51,135 bases of DNA from Deltaproteobacteria bacterium. Lineage in GTDB: Bacteria; Desulfobacterota; JAJRXV01. Location: NCBI GenBank assembly GCA_024275075.1, contig JAJRZU010000066.1, forward strand, positions 1-51,135. The letters are read 5' to 3'. Of this stretch, positions 27,402-36,622 are shown one piece after another. The notes beneath the pieces are model-generated. The model saw nothing but the letters and a program-made list of their open reading frames with translations, made no database searches and was not told the origin of the DNA. Both the position numbers and the translations under genes were made by a program. Position 1 is the first letter of the stretch. Each line of letters opens with the position of its first letter.

Positions 27402-27500
27402 CAATAGAAAAAATATGGTGACAAAAAGTAACTATTTTATCGATTGTTAAGTATAAGTAGATGTAAAAAAAATCTTTTCAAAAAAGATGAGGAGAAAAAT

Positions 27501-29852
27501 ATGAAAACCTTAAATCTTCGTTATTTTAGTATATTAGCTACTTTGGTGTTTTCTTTCATAATATGCTCTAACGATGCCGCTTATGCTGATCACTCATTGG
27601 CCAATCCATGTTATACGTGCCATAACCTGAAAAGTTCAGGGATCATAGTAGGATCGCGAAGTATTTCAAGCAGCCGGACGTACCTTACTTCCGCCCCTAA
27701 CAACTATGTTGCCGGCGGGCCGTTTGATTGCAGTTTCTGCCATGTGTCATTATCTGACATACCAGAGTTGTTTAACTACCCTGGTACATTGCCGACCGAT
27801 GAGTCAAGTCACCCGGTTGACGTTATCAATGACGAAGATGACAATGTAAATGAGCTTGTCTGCGCAGACTGCCACTTGTTAGAGACCAGCGGCACCGGTG
27901 CCGGGCACGATGTCGCTCCCTTGGGATTACAGTCCAAAGACGGCAGTGACGGTTACCCGAACCACAAGTGGATCGATGTCGGGTTCACTCTTTACAGCGG
28001 CGTTGACTATCCTAACGACGCGAGCAACAGGACTCACCTCGTCGCGCCGTACGGGAAGAAAGTATATACCGGCAGTGACCTGAACAGATCTGTAAACTGG
28101 GGCGGCACTCTTGACAACACCACCCTGCTTTGCTTTGTATGCCACAGCGCCACAAACCTCGCCACCGGCGTAACGCTTACTGGTAACTGGGCGGCAGCTT
28201 CATACAGCATCGAGGCCGAGTATAACAAGGTCGATGACCAGGGCGTAACCGCCGGACACGTTATCCGTACAGCAGGCGGCACGCTGGCTGTAGGCGATAA
28301 AATGCCCTGCTATAACTGTCACGATTCCCATGCGGCTACCGGCGCGGGCAGTAACAAAAAGCTGATACGAAACACGACTAACCCATACAGCTCATCTTCC
28401 TTCTCTGTTACAGGATATGACTACACAAACACACAGATAATTTGCGCCGGTTGTCATGACACCGGTGTCAGCGCAACTACTACCGGCACCACTGTCGAAG
28501 GATTGACTCCGGTCGACCCGTATGACTTTGACGTTGCCAATTCAAAGACTATACATATAAATAACGGGGTCTTGGCTACTTTGGCCAACTCGACTGTCGG
28601 CTGCCTGAACGTTGTCGGCAGCAAGTGCCACTCAAACGCGCACAACCCGAAAGCGATAGCCGATTCTGATGACCAGCCATGCTTCCCATGCCATGGCGGC
28701 GTGGTTAATGACAGCGCTATGGATCCATGGGGCAGGGGCGGCGATTTTGGCGCTAACAACACAAAGACAACAACCGTTGACGCTACAATTACATCAGCTC
28801 ACAACATCGATTTCGATGCTACTAACCACGGAGCGGATAACCCCCTTGGTACAAGAGGATCATGTACTGTCTGTCACACTGTGGAAAAACGGCTCATGGC
28901 TGACGGTACTACACTGAAACTCTGGCATGGCGACGGTGACCCGCGTAACGACTTTAGAGACGTGAGTCCGACTACTGTCGATGAACTTGACGCGGCGCCG
29001 GTTCTGATAAATGATACAGAAGGATATCGATATGACCCGCCGTGGCTCTTATGTATCGACTGCCACGATAATGAAACGGACACCACCGAAGATTACTACG
29101 GTTTAATAGGTAACAACGTTTCTGCGCCATTAAACCTTGATCAATTTATAGATATAACCACTCCGACCCCGTTGGAGTATGTATACGGCGCCGGCGATTT
29201 TGACAATTCCGCTTATCATGACGCGCTTGTCGCGGATGCCATGGCGCCCCCGAGCGTCGGTACCGATAACAACGCGACGCCGGTCAAAAGATATAATCTT
29301 CAGCCATATAAGGCACATTACAAGCAGACTGACAGCTCTGGAGTTCTGCACGTTTTAGAACCTTCGAGTACTACTACAGATCCACTGAATGCCGCATACC
29401 CATCGTATGACGCGACTGCCGCTTCTGAGGATTCCACTTCGGCGGCATGGAGAGTCGTTGCGTGCCTGGACTGCCATAATTCGCATGGCGGCGAGAACGC
29501 TTCGCTGTACAGGAGCCCGCGTCAGACACCTACAACAGGACTGACAAACGCCAACGGAAGAGACATCTGCCTTGACTGCCATAATGATACGGTGGTGCCT
29601 CAGATAGATTTCCCGCCTCAGATGCAAGTTACACAGGGCGGCGCTATGACCCCGCCTAATACAAGAGGCCCTATGATGGTGCCGCCGGCGACAGACCGGT
29701 ACCTAAACGATATACCAGAGCATTCTGACGGCGTTACAAGCTGCTCAAAGAGCTCAGGCGCCGTGTATGCGTGTCATAACCCGCATTCACCGTCCTGTGA
29801 GACGTGTCACGGCTACCCTGCTGTTATAGGCGGCGGTGTGGATATACCATAA
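27501..29852 (+). CDS. multihaem c-type cytochrome D (12 CxxCH plus CX7CH/CX9CH candidates)
   Basis: RBS gaggag precedes ATG 27501. Signal is LRYFSILATLVFSFIICSNDAAYA. I hand-counted 12 canonical CxxCH, including CYNCHDSH and CLDCHNSHG. Confidence 0.9.
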   Translation: MKTLNLRYFSILATLVFSFIICSNDAAYADHSLANPCYTCHNLKSSGIIVGSRSISSSRTYLTSAPNNYVAGGPFDCSFCHVSLSDIPELFNYPGTLPTDESSHPVDVINDEDDNVNELVCADCHLLETSGTGAGHDVAPLGLQSKDGSDGYPNHKWIDVGFTLYSGVDYPNDASNRTHLVAPYGKKVYTGSDLNRSVNWGGTLDNTTLLCFVCHSATNLATGVTLTGNWAAASYSIEAEYNKVDDQGVTAGHVIRTAGGTLAVGDKMPCYNCHDSHAATGAGSNKKLIRNTTNPYSSSSFSVTGYDYTNTQIICAGCHDTGVSATTTGTTVEGLTPVDPYDFDVANSKTIHINNGVLATLANSTVGCLNVVGSKCHSNAHNPKAIADSDDQPCFPCHGGVVNDSAMDPWGRGGDFGANNTKTTTVDATITSAHNIDFDATNHGADNPLGTRGSCTVCHTVEKRLMADGTTLKLWHGDGDPRNDFRDVSPTTVDELDAAPVLINDTEGYRYDPPWLLCIDCHDNETDTTEDYYGLIGNNVSAPLNLDQFIDITTPTPLEYVYGAGDFDNSAYHDALVADAMAPPSVGTDNNATPVKRYNLQPYKAHYKQTDSSGVLHVLEPSSTTTDPLNAAYPSYDATAASEDSTSAAWRVVACLDCHNSHGGENASLYRSPRQTPTTGLTNANGRDICLDCHNDTVVPQIDFPPQMQVTQGGAMTPPNTRGPMMVPPATDRYLNDIPEHSDGVTSCSKSSGAVYACHNPHSPSCETCHGYPAVIGGGVDIP

Positions 29853-29942
29853 ATTATTAAACCATGTAACTAATGGGGTGTATTCTGGTATTATTAAACA
29901 GCATAAAAATAAACTCGGTTGAATGGAAACAGGAGGAAATAA

Positions 29943-32900
29943 ATGGATTCCCTGCTTAAGTTAAACAAGAAACTGCTGATGGTGGCGTTAGCTTCACTAC
30001 TGCCAATATTGCTATTTAGTGTGTCGGCGTTTTCTTTTGTGCACTATGAACACACGAACAATGGCATAAAGTGCATCTCTTGCCATAATTCCTTTATGCA
30101 CCAGAATACAGGGCGGACAAACGCCGTTAACTCATTCAAGTATCTAAATGGTGATGATGACGATGTAGCGACCGGCGGGCCTATCGGGACGACAGAAGGC
30201 ACTTATGTTTCAGGTATGCCTAATACATGCCAGAACGTTGACTGTCACGCGGAGAATACTGTCGCTACTGATGAGGTTGTGACCTGCTCCTCCTGTCACT
30301 TTGACACTGCCGATACTAATGACTTCACTTATTTGGGCGTAACGCCGGTTATGGCTAAGATCGATTCCGCTCAATGGACGAATACCGGTCACGGGCGGCT
30401 GGTCGCATCTGGTAACTATATTTCAGGCAACCCCCCTGCTAATTTCACGGATTGTACTACATATTGCCATACAACATCCGTAGCGCACGGCGAATCCGCC
30501 ACAAACCCGTTCAGGCTGATTACAAACGGCGGAGCTGTTGATTTCAGCGATGTTGCCGACCCTCAGCTTGACAATACTGTATGTCTGGACTGCCACAGCG
30601 CTACCGGCGTTACAAGCGGCCTTGCTACAGCTTATCCAGAAGAGAACCATTTTACGGCAAAAGCGTTAGCCAATAACGGTCAGATCTCCGGCGGCTCGTT
30701 CTGCTGGGACTGTCACGACCCGCACGGCGATACAAACGATTATATGCTTCATGAAACCATAACAAAAACTTCTGACGGCGTGTTCGGTATACCGCAGACT
30801 TACACCGCGGCATTTGTATTCAGTAAAGCAGAAGAAGCCGGTGAAGATTTAGACGGACCCGGCGTCGGGATAGACTCTGACCCGCTCGCGTATGATTGGG
30901 CGGATTATGTAAAAGATGTAACGTTTGACGGTGTTTGTCAGGTCTGCCACGATTTCACAATCCGCTTCAAAGGCGGAGCGGGCGGCGATTACGCTTCCAC
31001 ACACAACCATAGCGGCACCGGTGTCGGGCAAAGATGTACTGCCTGCCACGCGCACCAGAACGATTTCACCGCTTCGTGTAACACATGCCACAACTACACT
31101 GACATAGGTTGTAACACGGATTCAAGCTGGCCGTCTAACCCGGACGTCGGGTGGGACCCGGTTCTTGATACGACTACTCACGAAAAGCATGTATGCTCAC
31201 CTGTCGCGATGAGTTGCTCTGACTGCCATGGTCATAACGGTAGCGGCGCGACGCACAATCAGGGCACCGCGGCTAACAAAGGTGCGGGCACCCCTGTGGA
31301 CGCCGCTTTCGTAACCATAGATTTAGCAAATATAGCCACAGATCCGGCATACTGGAACGGTAACGGTACCAATATAACATACAGCGGCACGCCGGGCGTG
31401 GATTCCGCTACCATAAGAAAGACCTGTGACAATACTACCTGCCATTACGGTCTGTCGCCTGACTGGGGGATGGAAGTCGCTTGCACCGACCTTGACCCGT
31501 CAACTATACTTATAACTGACCCTGCTAACGGTACAAACGTCACTATCGGTACTCCGGTCAATGTAACAGTCTCGCTGACGGCGGGAGACGCGGACATTGC
31601 CAACGCCGAGTATGAGACAAGCGATAACCCGGGCGTCTGGAACGCTCTGGCCACGCCGTGGGATACATCAGCGCTTACCGATGGTGTCAACTATACGGTC
31701 ACGGCAAGGGCTACAGACCCTGATTGCAACGAAATAGTCTATGATACAAGCGTTGTTACGGCGGTTGCCGCTCCTTCAATGACGCCGTTTGGCCCTATTT
31801 CTCATTACGCTAACCCGGACACCGGTACTAACCTTGGTAACGATGTAACAAACGTTACTTGCGGGACAGACCCGTTGTCGGGTGGTAACTGGGTGATATT
31901 AGAGCCATCCCCCACATGCGGCGGTGACGGCACTAATAGAGTAAGGATCAGCCTGAAACCGCCACCGAGCGCGACAACAATTCTTGTCACCGCGATAAGG
32001 AACACGACAAGGGCTGATGGCATCGAGATAACTACATGGGACGCGGAGGCCTGGGCCAAAGATAAGGATGGCGGCGATATAACTTTAACGTTTGAGTTGA
32101 TCGATTACTTCAACGGTACTGTTGTACCAATCGCAAGCGCTACAGACCCGACATTCCTGCCTACTAATGTGGACTCTCTTGTATCTGTAACGGGCGTTTC
32201 AGCTGGCAATTACCTCTTGCAGGCAGGGCACAAGATCGGTCTTAGGGTAATTGGTAATTTTACCGGTACAGCGTCAACGGATTTTAGGATGTATCTTGCC
32301 GACAAGAATCCGCCGATCACCAACTTTAGAATGATATTGACTTACAGCGGTAACAGCGCGGACGGTACGGGCCTTGCCCCGCCGGCTCCGGGCAGCGTTA
32401 CCGATATTACACCCGCGCCGCCGGAGACTACGGGCGGGGGCACCACGCCGCTTGCGTGTAACACATGCCACCAGTTTGGCCCTGACGATGACGTAGCGGG
32501 CGCGAAGAACATAGACGGCGTGGATCAGTACTACTATCCGAATGTCGGCGACCACACGAAGCACGGTATGACGAACATCGCCGGCGGCGTCTACGCGAGC
32601 CCGACGAACGTTGATGCTCAGGGCACGTGTACAACATGCCACGAATCCGGTGATATACTAACCCCGACTGACTGGACAACGAACCACAGAACCGGTAATA
32701 TTGACTTTGCCGCGAGCATAAAGGGCGGAACTTACGATCCGCCTACAAAGACGTGTACGGGCGTGTCCTGTCACGGCGCTTCTAACCCTGTATGGGGCGT
32801 TAGCGTTATGACATGCTTTGACTGCCACAGCGGCGTTGAGGCGGATAATAAGCCTCAGATATCGCTTGGCACGCCGAACCCGATTGACCAGACTCAATAT

Positions 32901-35471
32901 AATACGACAGGTCACGGTCAGTGGGTTGTAGGACCTACTTACCCGAATGAATGCTATGAGTGTCATAATAGCGTTGCGGCTCACACTACTAAAGACCCGA
33001 ACGACCCGTTCAGGCTGGGCGTAAACGCTCAGAACATGGACAATGTCTGTCTGAACGCCTGCCACGGCGTGGGGGGCACGTCCATTTATACGGACATGCT
33101 GTCTCATACCAAGACTGTCATAGGTTCGCTTTACACATGGCCGTTTGTACCGAAATGTATAGACTGCCACGATCCTCATGGCGACGCTAATATCAAGATG
33201 ATCAGACCTAAGATAAATGTCGCGACCAATAACAACAACCCCGGCGGCGGCAGCTACGATGCCGGTGATGGCGACATAGACGGTGATACATACATAGATT
33301 ATGGCATCCAGAAGTCTACGGCTATTGCGCCTGCTGACGCGGCGTCACAAAACAGCCAGTTATCGACGGCGATTTCATTTACCAACAACACTATTGGTAA
33401 AGGCGCTGGCGGATTCGCAGGGGGCGCGGGCAGTGAAGGCACGGGTATCTGCGAAGTATGCCACCAGAATACGCCAAGATATAACAGGCAGGGCGATACA
33501 AATAATGACGGCCACCCGCCGGATCCTTGCACAAACTGCCATAATCATGCGCAGGGCTTCAAGGGCGCGGGCGGCGGGCCTGGCTCTAACTGCCTGGGCT
33601 GTCATAACGTGCCGCAGGGTCTAAGAAGATCTATACAGCTGGATTTCGAGATGACTTATACGCACGCTGTCACATGGGCTACTATGTCAGGCTCTGACTG
33701 TGAGAACTGCCATACAGCCAACCACAGCGATGGCGGCGCGATAACATTGAAAGTATGGGATCCGGGCGGCGCTACCTTTGTAGGCGTCAACTATACCGGT
33801 GGCAACACGGCGAATCAGGCGTGCTTGAGTTGCCACGATTCTGACGGCGGACCGGCGTTTTCCAGCGGGCTTACGCCGCCGAACATCAACGCAAGGTGGC
33901 AAAACGGCGCTACGACAACGCCTTATAACAAGTATCCTGACGGCGGTACGGGAGCCTATCCTAACACCGTACCAGTGCTGCAAAAATCATATTCGCCACA
34001 TGCGATGCCGGGTACAAACGATAACAAAGGCGCAAGCAACACTACAGGCGAAATCGGTTGTGTAGGTACCGGCGTAGCATACGGCTGCCACACCGCACAC
34101 GGTTCTAACTTTGGCTCTGGCGCTGACGGCACGATAGTGACTACAAGGCGTATGCTGAACAATAATGGCGGCGCTTATACAGCCACTGATTTTGACGAGA
34201 AATTATGTTGGGGCTGTCACCCTGATGACGGGTTCGATTATTACGGCGACGACAGCGTTCAGGGCGACGGTATCGGCTGGCAGGGAACGTGGAACAATTC
34301 CATCGCGACTTATAAGGCTGGGAATTACCAGTCAAGCCACTTCTACCCAAGTCTGACGGCTACATGGAACGGCTCGGGTATCCCTTCTGGCACCAGGAAC
34401 AACATTTACTGTTCGACCTGCCATAACCCGCACGGACTGTTACCTGACGCTCAGGATCCAGACTCTCCGTTCAAAGTGCCGATACTGCGTGGTACGTGGC
34501 TGACATCGCCTTACAAAGAGGACAGGGCGCCCGGCTCAGTAACCAGTAACCCGGGTACGAACGTCTACGCGCCATGGAACGATACCAATAATGATTTCGG
34601 TCCACTGCCAAGGGTAACGCCAAACAAAGATCAGGCGGATGTAGAGCCCGGCGGCGGCTACACCGGTACATATAAAAACGGCTGGGACGGTTTCTTTATC
34701 GACCAGAACACGTTTGGCCCCGGCGTTTATATAACGAACACCGGAGCAGGCCCGAACCTGACTTCTGAGACTGAGTTTGCCGGACTGTGCATGAACTGTC
34801 ACACAAAGAACTATCTTGTGACGCTGGCAAGCTGGAATGGTCATAATACTGTGTTAGGCTGGGATACTGCCCCAGGCGCTACCTTTAATGACATATTTGA
34901 CGGGCAGGCGGGTTCGAGTGATGGTACCACGGGGTCTGGCAAGACAAACACGGGCGGCAGTGAGTGGATGTTCCAGTACTTTGGCGGCGCTTCTGTAGAC
35001 TATGGACAAGGCGGTAGTAGCAGAAAATACGGTACGCGGTCAGGGGATACCAGCCCGATAAGAGAACCGACGATAGATAACAAGTACGCTTATAATGGAA
35101 CTAACTGGGGCTTGAACTACGCTACTCAAAGTAGTGCGGGCGGGATACAGCAAGGGTTCCATAAGTATCCATGCTCCAAGTGCCATAATCCTCACGCAGC
35201 AAGGCTGCCAAGGCTTATGAGGACAAACTGTCTTGACAACGGTTCGTACGCAACAGGCCACGTAAACGAGACCCTGGCCGATGATTACGGCCCGGGCACT
35301 GATTATTCTGATAAGACGGTATCAGGTAGCCATACGCCTACAGGCACCGCTGAATATCAAGCTCTTGTCGTCAATCTCGTAACGACAAACTGGGAGGCTG
35401 CAAACTGTCACAGCGTTGCCGGTTCAAATGCTCACGGCTGGAACACGTTGACGCCGTGGGATGGGCCTTAA
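29943..35471 (+). CDS. giant multihaem c-type cytochrome E (22 CxxCH plus CX3CH/CX4CH variants) with a haem-free Ig-like insert
   Basis: RBS aggagg. Signal is LLMVALASLLPILLFSVSAFSF. I hand-counted 22 canonical CxxCH. Variants are CQNVDCH, CTTYCH, CDNTTCH, CTGVSCH and CLNACH. About 335 aa (31450-32455) have no haem motif. The C-terminal third is paralogous to the middle of cytochrome B. Confidence 0.9.
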   Translation: MDSLLKLNKKLLMVALASLLPILLFSVSAFSFVHYEHTNNGIKCISCHNSFMHQNTGRTNAVNSFKYLNGDDDDVATGGPIGTTEGTYVSGMPNTCQNVDCHAENTVATDEVVTCSSCHFDTADTNDFTYLGVTPVMAKIDSAQWTNTGHGRLVASGNYISGNPPANFTDCTTYCHTTSVAHGESATNPFRLITNGGAVDFSDVADPQLDNTVCLDCHSATGVTSGLATAYPEENHFTAKALANNGQISGGSFCWDCHDPHGDTNDYMLHETITKTSDGVFGIPQTYTAAFVFSKAEEAGEDLDGPGVGIDSDPLAYDWADYVKDVTFDGVCQVCHDFTIRFKGGAGGDYASTHNHSGTGVGQRCTACHAHQNDFTASCNTCHNYTDIGCNTDSSWPSNPDVGWDPVLDTTTHEKHVCSPVAMSCSDCHGHNGSGATHNQGTAANKGAGTPVDAAFVTIDLANIATDPAYWNGNGTNITYSGTPGVDSATIRKTCDNTTCHYGLSPDWGMEVACTDLDPSTILITDPANGTNVTIGTPVNVTVSLTAGDADIANAEYETSDNPGVWNALATPWDTSALTDGVNYTVTARATDPDCNEIVYDTSVVTAVAAPSMTPFGPISHYANPDTGTNLGNDVTNVTCGTDPLSGGNWVILEPSPTCGGDGTNRVRISLKPPPSATTILVTAIRNTTRADGIEITTWDAEAWAKDKDGGDITLTFELIDYFNGTVVPIASATDPTFLPTNVDSLVSVTGVSAGNYLLQAGHKIGLRVIGNFTGTASTDFRMYLADKNPPITNFRMILTYSGNSADGTGLAPPAPGSVTDITPAPPETTGGGTTPLACNTCHQFGPDDDVAGAKNIDGVDQYYYPNVGDHTKHGMTNIAGGVYASPTNVDAQGTCTTCHESGDILTPTDWTTNHRTGNIDFAASIKGGTYDPPTKTCTGVSCHGASNPVWGVSVMTCFDCHSGVEADNKPQISLGTPNPIDQTQYNTTGHGQWVVGPTYPNECYECHNSVAAHTTKDPNDPFRLGVNAQNMDNVCLNACHGVGGTSIYTDMLSHTKTVIGSLYTWPFVPKCIDCHDPHGDANIKMIRPKINVATNNNNPGGGSYDAGDGDIDGDTYIDYGIQKSTAIAPADAASQNSQLSTAISFTNNTIGKGAGGFAGGAGSEGTGICEVCHQNTPRYNRQGDTNNDGHPPDPCTNCHNHAQGFKGAGGGPGSNCLGCHNVPQGLRRSIQLDFEMTYTHAVTWATMSGSDCENCHTANHSDGGAITLKVWDPGGATFVGVNYTGGNTANQACLSCHDSDGGPAFSSGLTPPNINARWQNGATTTPYNKYPDGGTGAYPNTVPVLQKSYSPHAMPGTNDNKGASNTTGEIGCVGTGVAYGCHTAHGSNFGSGADGTIVTTRRMLNNNGGAYTATDFDEKLCWGCHPDDGFDYYGDDSVQGDGIGWQGTWNNSIATYKAGNYQSSHFYPSLTATWNGSGIPSGTRNNIYCSTCHNPHGLLPDAQDPDSPFKVPILRGTWLTSPYKEDRAPGSVTSNPGTNVYAPWNDTNNDFGPLPRVTPNKDQADVEPGGGYTGTYKNGWDGFFIDQNTFGPGVYITNTGAGPNLTSETEFAGLCMNCHTKNYLVTLASWNGHNTVLGWDTAPGATFNDIFDGQAGSSDGTTGSGKTNTGGSEWMFQYFGGASVDYGQGGSSRKYGTRSGDTSPIREPTIDNKYAYNGTNWGLNYATQSSAGGIQQGFHKYPCSKCHNPHAARLPRLMRTNCLDNGSYATGHVNETLADDYGPGTDYSDKTVSGSHTPTGTAEYQALVVNLVTTNWEAANCHSVAGSNAHGWNTLTPWDGP

Positions 35472-35560
35472 CTAAACAGATGAATGGTAACTAATAGTTG
35501 CCAGGAAAGTATTTTATGATGAAAGAGTTATTTATAGACATAGAAAAAGGAGATAAACCG

Positions 35561-36577
35561 ATGAAAAAGGTTATCGCAAAAGCGCCGCTCAATAAGATGC
35601 TGATATTGCTCATGGCATTAATGTTTGCCGCGTCAACTGCATTCGGCTATGAGGTGATGAATGAAGCCTTCTCGCAAAGCAATAAGGGGGCGAATGTCGC
35701 AGGCGGTGAGTTCATCAAACTAAGTGACGGTCAGGAGGGCTGGCGGGCTACAACTTCGACAGAAGCCTATAACGGCGAAGAACCGAACTATATGGTTTAT
35801 GATATTAAAAATATCAAGGGCTTGCAAGAGGGCACGATAGAGTTCTTCGTACAGCGAAGCCGTGAAGGCGGAGTCGTTTATGAGCGCAGTGGCAATCCAG
35901 AGACCTACGATACATTGTTCGAGCTGTTAGCCCCTTCCCACAACACTGTATTCAGCTTGATGATCATGTGGGATTACGCGAATAACGCTAATGAAAGCGC
36001 GCTCTTGTTTAATCACTCTCAACTGACGAGCGGTAGCGGCATTCACCGTGTATGGCCTGAAGTGGTGCCTATGGGATTCAAGCCTGAAATCGGTGATTCA
36101 GTTCACGTCGCGATTACATTCGGCGCAACGCCTTCAGACAACAAGGTATATATAAACGGCGCTGAGATCGGCAGGTCAGAGAATTTACTGCCGGGGGTTA
36201 CTGTGGGAACCGCTGACGGGAGCTTCGCAGATTACATCACAGCTTCGGCTTCGATGAGAATCGGTATCGAGACAGGGGCCCCGGACAACTACCCCGGTGG
36301 ATCGTCCATGCTTTACCGCTCTGTATTAAGCAGTATTGTCGTTGATGATGAGATAAAGACAAGCTTTGCACTTGACGGCTTCGCGTATGCCGGTATCCCT
36401 GCCGGACTGAAAGCTGATTATGCTGACTCTTCAGTATCATTGACCTGGGGCGGGGCGCAGTCATCTGATGTCGTCGGTTATAATGTTTATAAGAAGGCAG
36501 TGAACGAGAGTACTTATACAAAGTTAAACGATACAGAAGTAAGTGATTCAGGTTTTAGCGATGGTGACGTAACATAA
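35561..36577 (+). CDS. secreted LamG/concanavalin-like plus FN3 protein, N-terminal part; stop TAA 36575..36577 is in frame with the next ORF
   Basis: RBS aaaggaga precedes ATG 35561. Signal is MLILLMALMFAASTAFG. LamG-like blocks are EGTIEFFVQRS and SVHVAITFGATPSDNKVYINGAEIG. An FN3-like unit is cut by the stop: ..VVGYNVYKK..FSDGDVT-TAA-GLSYDYVVKGVNSDGMES.. Confidence 0.8.
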   Translation: MKKVIAKAPLNKMLILLMALMFAASTAFGYEVMNEAFSQSNKGANVAGGEFIKLSDGQEGWRATTSTEAYNGEEPNYMVYDIKNIKGLQEGTIEFFVQRSREGGVVYERSGNPETYDTLFELLAPSHNTVFSLMIMWDYANNANESALLFNHSQLTSGSGIHRVWPEVVPMGFKPEIGDSVHVAITFGATPSDNKVYINGAEIGRSENLLPGVTVGTADGSFADYITASASMRIGIETGAPDNYPGGSSMLYRSVLSSIVVDDEIKTSFALDGFAYAGIPAGLKADYADSSVSLTWGGAQSSDVVGYNVYKKAVNESTYTKLNDTEVSDSGFSDGDVT

Positions 36578-36622
36578 GGGTTAAGCTATGATTATGTTGT
36601 AAAAGGCGTAAACAGTGACGGC

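Noticed and set aside
27402-27500. Same-frame relationship between the coiled-coil gene and cytochrome D, and likewise D to E and 48206 to 48950, suggesting further readthrough fusions
   Set aside because: The intervening sequence contains several stops in that frame (taa, tag and taa after 27401). Each downstream gene has its own RBS and signal peptide. The shared frame is coincidental.
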